Shown in pieces: positions 60,012-64,000 of a stretch of DNA of 64,000 bases (the first letter of the stretch is position 1; each line of letters begins with the position of its first letter). The position numbers were made by a program, and so were the translations under genes. The notes under the pieces are model-generated. The model was not told the DNA's origin and ran no database searches. It saw only the letters and a program-made list of their open reading frames with translations. The stretch lies in NCBI GenBank assembly GCA_965220085.1, contig CBDCOZ010000003.1, positions 192,001-256,000 on the forward strand, given 5' to 3'. The stretch comes from Candidatus Oxydemutatoraceae bacterium. Its GTDB lineage: Bacteria > Pseudomonadota > Gammaproteobacteria > Poriferisulfidales > Oxydemutatoraceae.

Positions 60012-60092
60012 TTAGACTTCAGCGCATGCATAGCAGTTAATCTCCATGCCAACTGCCATCTCTTTGACTTTAGGTAAAGTCCACTTTTTCAT
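60012..60092 (-). CDS. pqqA: PQQ precursor peptide (not in ORF track)
   Basis: Manual translation MKKWTLPKVKEMAVGMEINCYACAEV with ExxxY motif; RBS ggagg; upstream of pqqB. Confidence 0.95.
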   Translation of the reverse strand: MKKWTLPKVKEMAVGMEINCYACAEV

Positions 60093-60329
60093 AATAACCT
60101 CCTAAGTTTATAACGTTATTAACCGCAGTTCCGTATGAACTGCGAGGGTACAAAGTATTATAAGCCAGCCCCTATGTCAATACAAATACGGCGATATTTC
60201 CATATAAAATACTTATCCCTGCTATATACAGAATTGCATGGATGTATCAATCATATACAAGCCATCTCAAGGGGGCGTCCGAGCGCTCCGACCGCTGTTT
60301 TCGGGGCATCCGCCCGCAGGCAGGGGGTG

Positions 60330-61058
60330 TCAGCTTAGGACATCCGGGAAACGCCCCAGCATATCGGTTCGCAAGGTCTCTATTTCCTCGTCTGAGCGCC
60401 CGGGTTTTCCGGGCAACTTGATATCGCCGAGCAGGCGGGTCGGGGAGGCGGACAGGACCAGCAGACGGGCGCACAGAAACAGAGCCTCGCGGATATTGTG
60501 CGTTACGAATAGCAGTGTCTTGGGCGAGACCTCCAGTTGCGATAAGAGCAGTGTCCGCAGGCGCGTCGCCATCCGTTCGTCTATTGAGGTGAATGGCTCA
60601 TCCATGACCAACAGCGGCGCGCCGACTGAAAACGCGCGCACCAGCGCGGCGCGTCGCGCCATGCCCAAAGATATTTCCGCGGGGTATTGGTCCAGCGTCT
60701 CTTCAATGTTCATCTGCTTGAACAAATCGGTGTTGCCGGAGTCGGCGCCCGCCGGCAAAACCAAATCTATGTTTTCTTTGATCGTGCGCCAAGGCAATAA
60801 TCGCGGCTCCTGAAATACGAATGCCAGCGGCAGCGCGCCCGGCGGCGCCGGCGGCAGCCGAACCCGCCCGGTGTAATCGGTGTCCAGCCCCGAAATCAGA
60901 TTGAGCAAGGTGGTTTTGCCGCATCCCGAGGGGCCGGTGATAGCGAGCATCTCATATTCGTCCGCGGCGAAGTTGATATCCCGCAAGACGACAGCCTCTC
61001 CGTAGCGCTTCTGTTTGATATCAACGCGCAACGTCGCTTTGTTCGGGGTCGTGCTCAT
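60330..61058 (-). CDS. NitT/TauT-type ABC ATP-binding protein
   Basis: GPSGCGKTT, FQEPRLLPW, SLGMARR and MDEPF. Confidence 0.9.
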   Translation of the reverse strand: MSTTPNKATLRVDIKQKRYGEAVVLRDINFAADEYEMLAITGPSGCGKTTLLNLISGLDTDYTGRVRLPPAPPGALPLAFVFQEPRLLPWRTIKENIDLVLPAGADSGNTDLFKQMNIEETLDQYPAEISLGMARRAALVRAFSVGAPLLVMDEPFTSIDERMATRLRTLLLSQLEVSPKTLLFVTHNIREALFLCARLLVLSASPTRLLGDIKLPGKPGRSDEEIETLRTDMLGRFPDVLS

Positions 61059-61804
61059 TTGCGCCAACGGGTCGTGTATGCTTCAAACGGTCGCAGGATG
61101 AGCAGCTCGACCAACTGCATGATGATGACGAAGACCAGTCCCCAGGCGATGATATCTGTGATGTTGAAGAGTTGGAATTGCAGGTGCAACTGAAAGCCGA
61201 CGCCGTCGCTGCGTCCGAGCAACTCGGCGACGAGCACGATTTTCCAGATGAGGGCGATGCCCGAGCGGGTCGTCGCCGCGATGTACGGCGATAGGCCGGG
61301 TATGACGACGTGTCTTAGGGTTTTCCATCTGCCGAAGCGGAAGGCCTGCGCCACTTGTCGCAGGTCCTTATCCAGAGCGCGAACGCCTTCGCGGATGGTG
61401 ACGATGACATTGGGTATTTTGTTGACCGCCACGGCGACGATGACGGCGACTTCGGTCAATCCCAGCCAGACATAGGTCAATATCATGATGACCAGCGCCG
61501 GGATGTTGAGGAAAAATATCAGCCATGGGTCAAAAAGCGTATCTATTGTCTTGAAATAGCCCATCAGGAAGCCTATGGTCATGCCGATTATCATGGAGAT
61601 GACGAAGCTGGCCAAAACCCGCCTGAGGGTGATGCCTGTGTGGCGAAACAATTCGCCCGAAGCGCCGAGTTCATAAATCACGCCCAAGACACTCAGCGGC
61701 GATGGCAGCACATCGCTATTGATAATGAGCGAGCTGATGTGCCATACCAGCAAAAGCAGAGCAATGGAGGTTATGGCGGCAAAGCGCGGCGAGACAGCTT
61801 TCAT
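61055..61804 (-). CDS. NitT/TauT-type ABC permease
   Basis: TM helices; REGVRALD and WKIVLVAELLG. Confidence 0.9.
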   Translation of the reverse strand: MKAVSPRFAAITSIALLLLVWHISSLIINSDVLPSPLSVLGVIYELGASGELFRHTGITLRRVLASFVISMIIGMTIGFLMGYFKTIDTLFDPWLIFFLNIPALVIMILTYVWLGLTEVAVIVAVAVNKIPNVIVTIREGVRALDKDLRQVAQAFRFGRWKTLRHVVIPGLSPYIAATTRSGIALIWKIVLVAELLGRSDGVGFQLHLQFQLFNITDIIAWGLVFVIIMQLVELLILRPFEAYTTRWRK

Positions 61805-61809
61805 GCGGT

Positions 61810-62826
61810 TTAGAAGTAGGCTTTGGTCCAGAATGTTCCCGTCGCAAGTTCTTCGGAGGCGGTGAGTTCTTTGCCGCCGGCAGCGTGAAACAGTTTGGTC
61901 AGTTTGCGCGCGGCGGCGTGGTCTTTTTCTCCCCACTGTCGCGGGATTCCTTCGCGGTAGCGTTCGCGCAAGGTGACAAACATCTCTTCGTCGGATGCTT
62001 TCATCATGGGTTTCAACTTTTCCCATTCGCTATCGTCGTTCATCAGGCGGGCGCGCGCTTCGCGCACCGCGCGATTGAAGCGGCTGACAATATCGCCGTT
62101 TTCGCGCGCCCATTTGCCGTCAAACACATAGCCGACCATCGGCGTATTGCGTATGCCCAAGCCCTCCAGCGCCGTGCCCATATCGACCAGACGACGGTAT
62201 CCGGCGCTTTCAAGGCGGGCGCAATAGTGCCAGAAATTCAGCGCCGCATCCAGATTGCCGTGTTGTATCTGACCGTTGAGGAGCGGCGGGGCGGCAAACT
62301 CAACGGCGAAGGTCTTTGACAGGTCGAGTTTGTGCTCCCGCTGTGCCCAGGCGCGCAATAACAACCAGCTTTTGTCGTAAGGCCCGCCGGCCACCCCGAC
62401 ACGCAGCCCGCTCAGGTCTGCCAGAGTTTGCGCCGAAGATGTTTTTGTGACCATCAATGCGCCGAGCGATTTGGAGTACGGGATGAAGCTGATGTCTTTG
62501 CCGTCATTGCGCGCGCGCGAGACCCAGAGCCAGTCGGTGACAAACATATCCAGACTGCCGTTGAAAAAAGCAATCGGCGTCGCTTGTTTGTTTGAGAAAG
62601 GAATCACTTCAAGGGACAGATTGTGTTTGCGATCATAGCCGTTACGGACGACGGTATCCAACTCCCAGTTGACAGTGCCGAATTTCAGCGCGCCAACGCG
62701 CACCGTGTCGGCGGCGGCGGGCGGGGTCGCAAATACCGACCACACGCATAGCATGAGCGCCGGCAGCAATAGCGTTCGTCCCGAATGCGATTCGGGCTGT
62801 TTGTGTTTTCTACGGGTCTGTTTCAT
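61810..62826 (-). CDS. NitT/TauT-type ABC substrate-binding protein
   Basis: Signal peptide; LKFGTVNWEL, VTDWLWVSR and DKSWLLL. Confidence 0.88.
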   Translation of the reverse strand: MKQTRRKHKQPESHSGRTLLLPALMLCVWSVFATPPAAADTVRVGALKFGTVNWELDTVVRNGYDRKHNLSLEVIPFSNKQATPIAFFNGSLDMFVTDWLWVSRARNDGKDISFIPYSKSLGALMVTKTSSAQTLADLSGLRVGVAGGPYDKSWLLLRAWAQREHKLDLSKTFAVEFAAPPLLNGQIQHGNLDAALNFWHYCARLESAGYRRLVDMGTALEGLGIRNTPMVGYVFDGKWARENGDIVSRFNRAVREARARLMNDDSEWEKLKPMMKASDEEMFVTLRERYREGIPRQWGEKDHAAARKLTKLFHAAGGKELTASEELATGTFWTKAYF

Positions 62827-62891
62827 TTTGTCAATCCCTCTTTCTATTGTATTATCTCATAGTATTTTTCTGCAATACCATGAGGTTGATT

Positions 62892-63533
62892 ATGATGAAA
62901 AAATTATCTCCCGACCCGAAACCCGGCCTGAAATTGCGGCGGAAAACCCTGGCGGTTGGCGCGGCTATGGGCTTGTTTTTATTGGGAAGCGCGCAGGCGC
63001 AACCCCCCGAGCCTCCCGAGTGGTGGCCGTGCATCCAACGCTATGTGCCGAAGCTGGCTGTCGGCACTTTCTGGCAGGGCGGGCTGGAAAAGGATGACGC
63101 TTGGCGCGAGAACAAGGAAATCGTCAAGTTGGCAAAGCGTCTCGGCAGTCGCGATGTGTCGGTGGAGGAGAGTCTTGATGAGGTTAAATCTTTTATTGCG
63201 GCATCCGGCGGACAGGATGCGGCGGAGGATTTACTCCGCGCGATGGAGTCGGTGTCAAACGAGGAGCGCAACCGGATTGTGGATGGCATAAAGCGTTTTG
63301 CCAAACGACAAAACCTGATGATAAACCGGATAGATCAACAGACGCAGGATCTGGAGACCAAAGAACTCACGGCAGAGCAAAAGAAAGACTTGGAAGCGCG
63401 GCAGAAGTGGGACATTCGGGTCTTTGAAGAGCGCGAGCGGATGGTTACGTATCTGTGCGAGCAACCCGTGGCGTTGGAGCAAAAGTTCTTTGCCGTCGGG
63501 CGCGCGATTGCGCAAGCGCAAAACAAGCGCTAA
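62892..63533 (+). CDS. Periplasmic conserved hypothetical protein
   Basis: Signal peptide; WPCIQRYVP and YLCEQPV motifs. Confidence 0.75.
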   Translation: MMKKLSPDPKPGLKLRRKTLAVGAAMGLFLLGSAQAQPPEPPEWWPCIQRYVPKLAVGTFWQGGLEKDDAWRENKEIVKLAKRLGSRDVSVEESLDEVKSFIAASGGQDAAEDLLRAMESVSNEERNRIVDGIKRFAKRQNLMINRIDQQTQDLETKELTAEQKKDLEARQKWDIRVFEERERMVTYLCEQPVALEQKFFAVGRAIAQAQNKR

Positions 63534-63563
63534 TCCTTAAAGCACACATATAAAGCAGATAGC

Positions 63564-63593
63564 AAAAAGGCAGCGGAAAACCACTGCCTTTTT
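63564..63593. terminator. Bidirectional intrinsic terminator
   Basis: aaaaaggcag...ctgccttttt between convergent genes. Confidence 0.75.
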
Positions 63594-63634
63594 AGCGGCT
63601 ATCGCTGTGATAGCCTCGGAGCAAAGCCGATGGG

Positions 63635-64000
63635 TTATTTCATCATAGCCATTTTCTTGATGTTTTCTAACCCCGCGCGATAAACACCCGCGACCGCCGC
63701 CTTTGCTTCTTCGTCGGTCATGGACGGGTCGGCATTATCGAAAGTGCCTTGCCAGTCTACCTCGCAACGGCTGCCTTCTTTTTCTGTGCGCAAGCGCGCT
63801 TGGTAGTTCTTTACGGGGAGGACTTTAGGGTCCACTTTTGTAATGGTATAGGTCAAGCTCTGTGCTTTGTTGCTGTACTTGACGAGTTCCTCATAGACTT
63901 TAGGACCATTGGCATCACCAAGTGTCAGAACCCGGGTCGCACCCGGCTCATTGCCGCCTTTTGCGTCAACGGAAAAAACCGCCGGGTGCCATTTGTGCAT
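63635..64000 (-). CDS. SRPBCC/MxaD-like protein (5' end outside window)
   Basis: WHPAV...GATRVLTL...LPVKNY...VYRAGL pattern. Confidence 0.75.
   Translation of the reverse strand: MHKWHPAVFSVDAKGGNEPGATRVLTLGDANGPKVYEELVKYSNKAQSLTYTITKVDPKVLPVKNYQARLRTEKEGSRCEVDWQGTFDNADPSMTDEEAKAAVAGVYRAGLENIKKMAMMK

Noticed and set aside
1-64000. tRNA, rRNA or prophage genes
   Set aside because: None recognised by eye; a covariance-model scan would be needed to exclude small RNAs.

Overview
Bacterial, probably proteobacterial, DNA in two parts. Bases 1 to ~35.5 kb form a decayed, repeat-rich accessory region. It holds two membrane pentapeptide-repeat genes beside orphan acs 3' tails, five paralogous secreted trypsin-like proteases (four in tandem), a GmrSD-like DUF262 gene, and a C5 methylase/HNH restriction-modification pair between phd and doc pseudogenes. 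It also holds Fic genes, a Sel1-repeat protein, a tyrosinase, an SGNH hydrolase with a membrane partner, and about a dozen IS481-family remnants. Bases ~35.5-64 kb form a PQQ-dependent catabolism cluster: a PedABC-type ABC system, pqqABCDE (pqqA is missing from the ORF track), a second ABC system, cytochrome c, a porin, and an uncharacterised MotA/ExbB-like operon. This cluster is interrupted at 43.6-50.1 kb by a REP-bounded Fic/ABC-ATPase insert. The most unusual signal is a set of orphan gene-tail copies that differ from the resident gene almost only at synonymous sites. This suggests serial allele/tail replacement, or an assembly that stacked strain alleles. The gene content resembles host-associated marine (e.g. 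sponge) symbionts, which is inference only. All family calls come from motif recognition by eye, not database searches.
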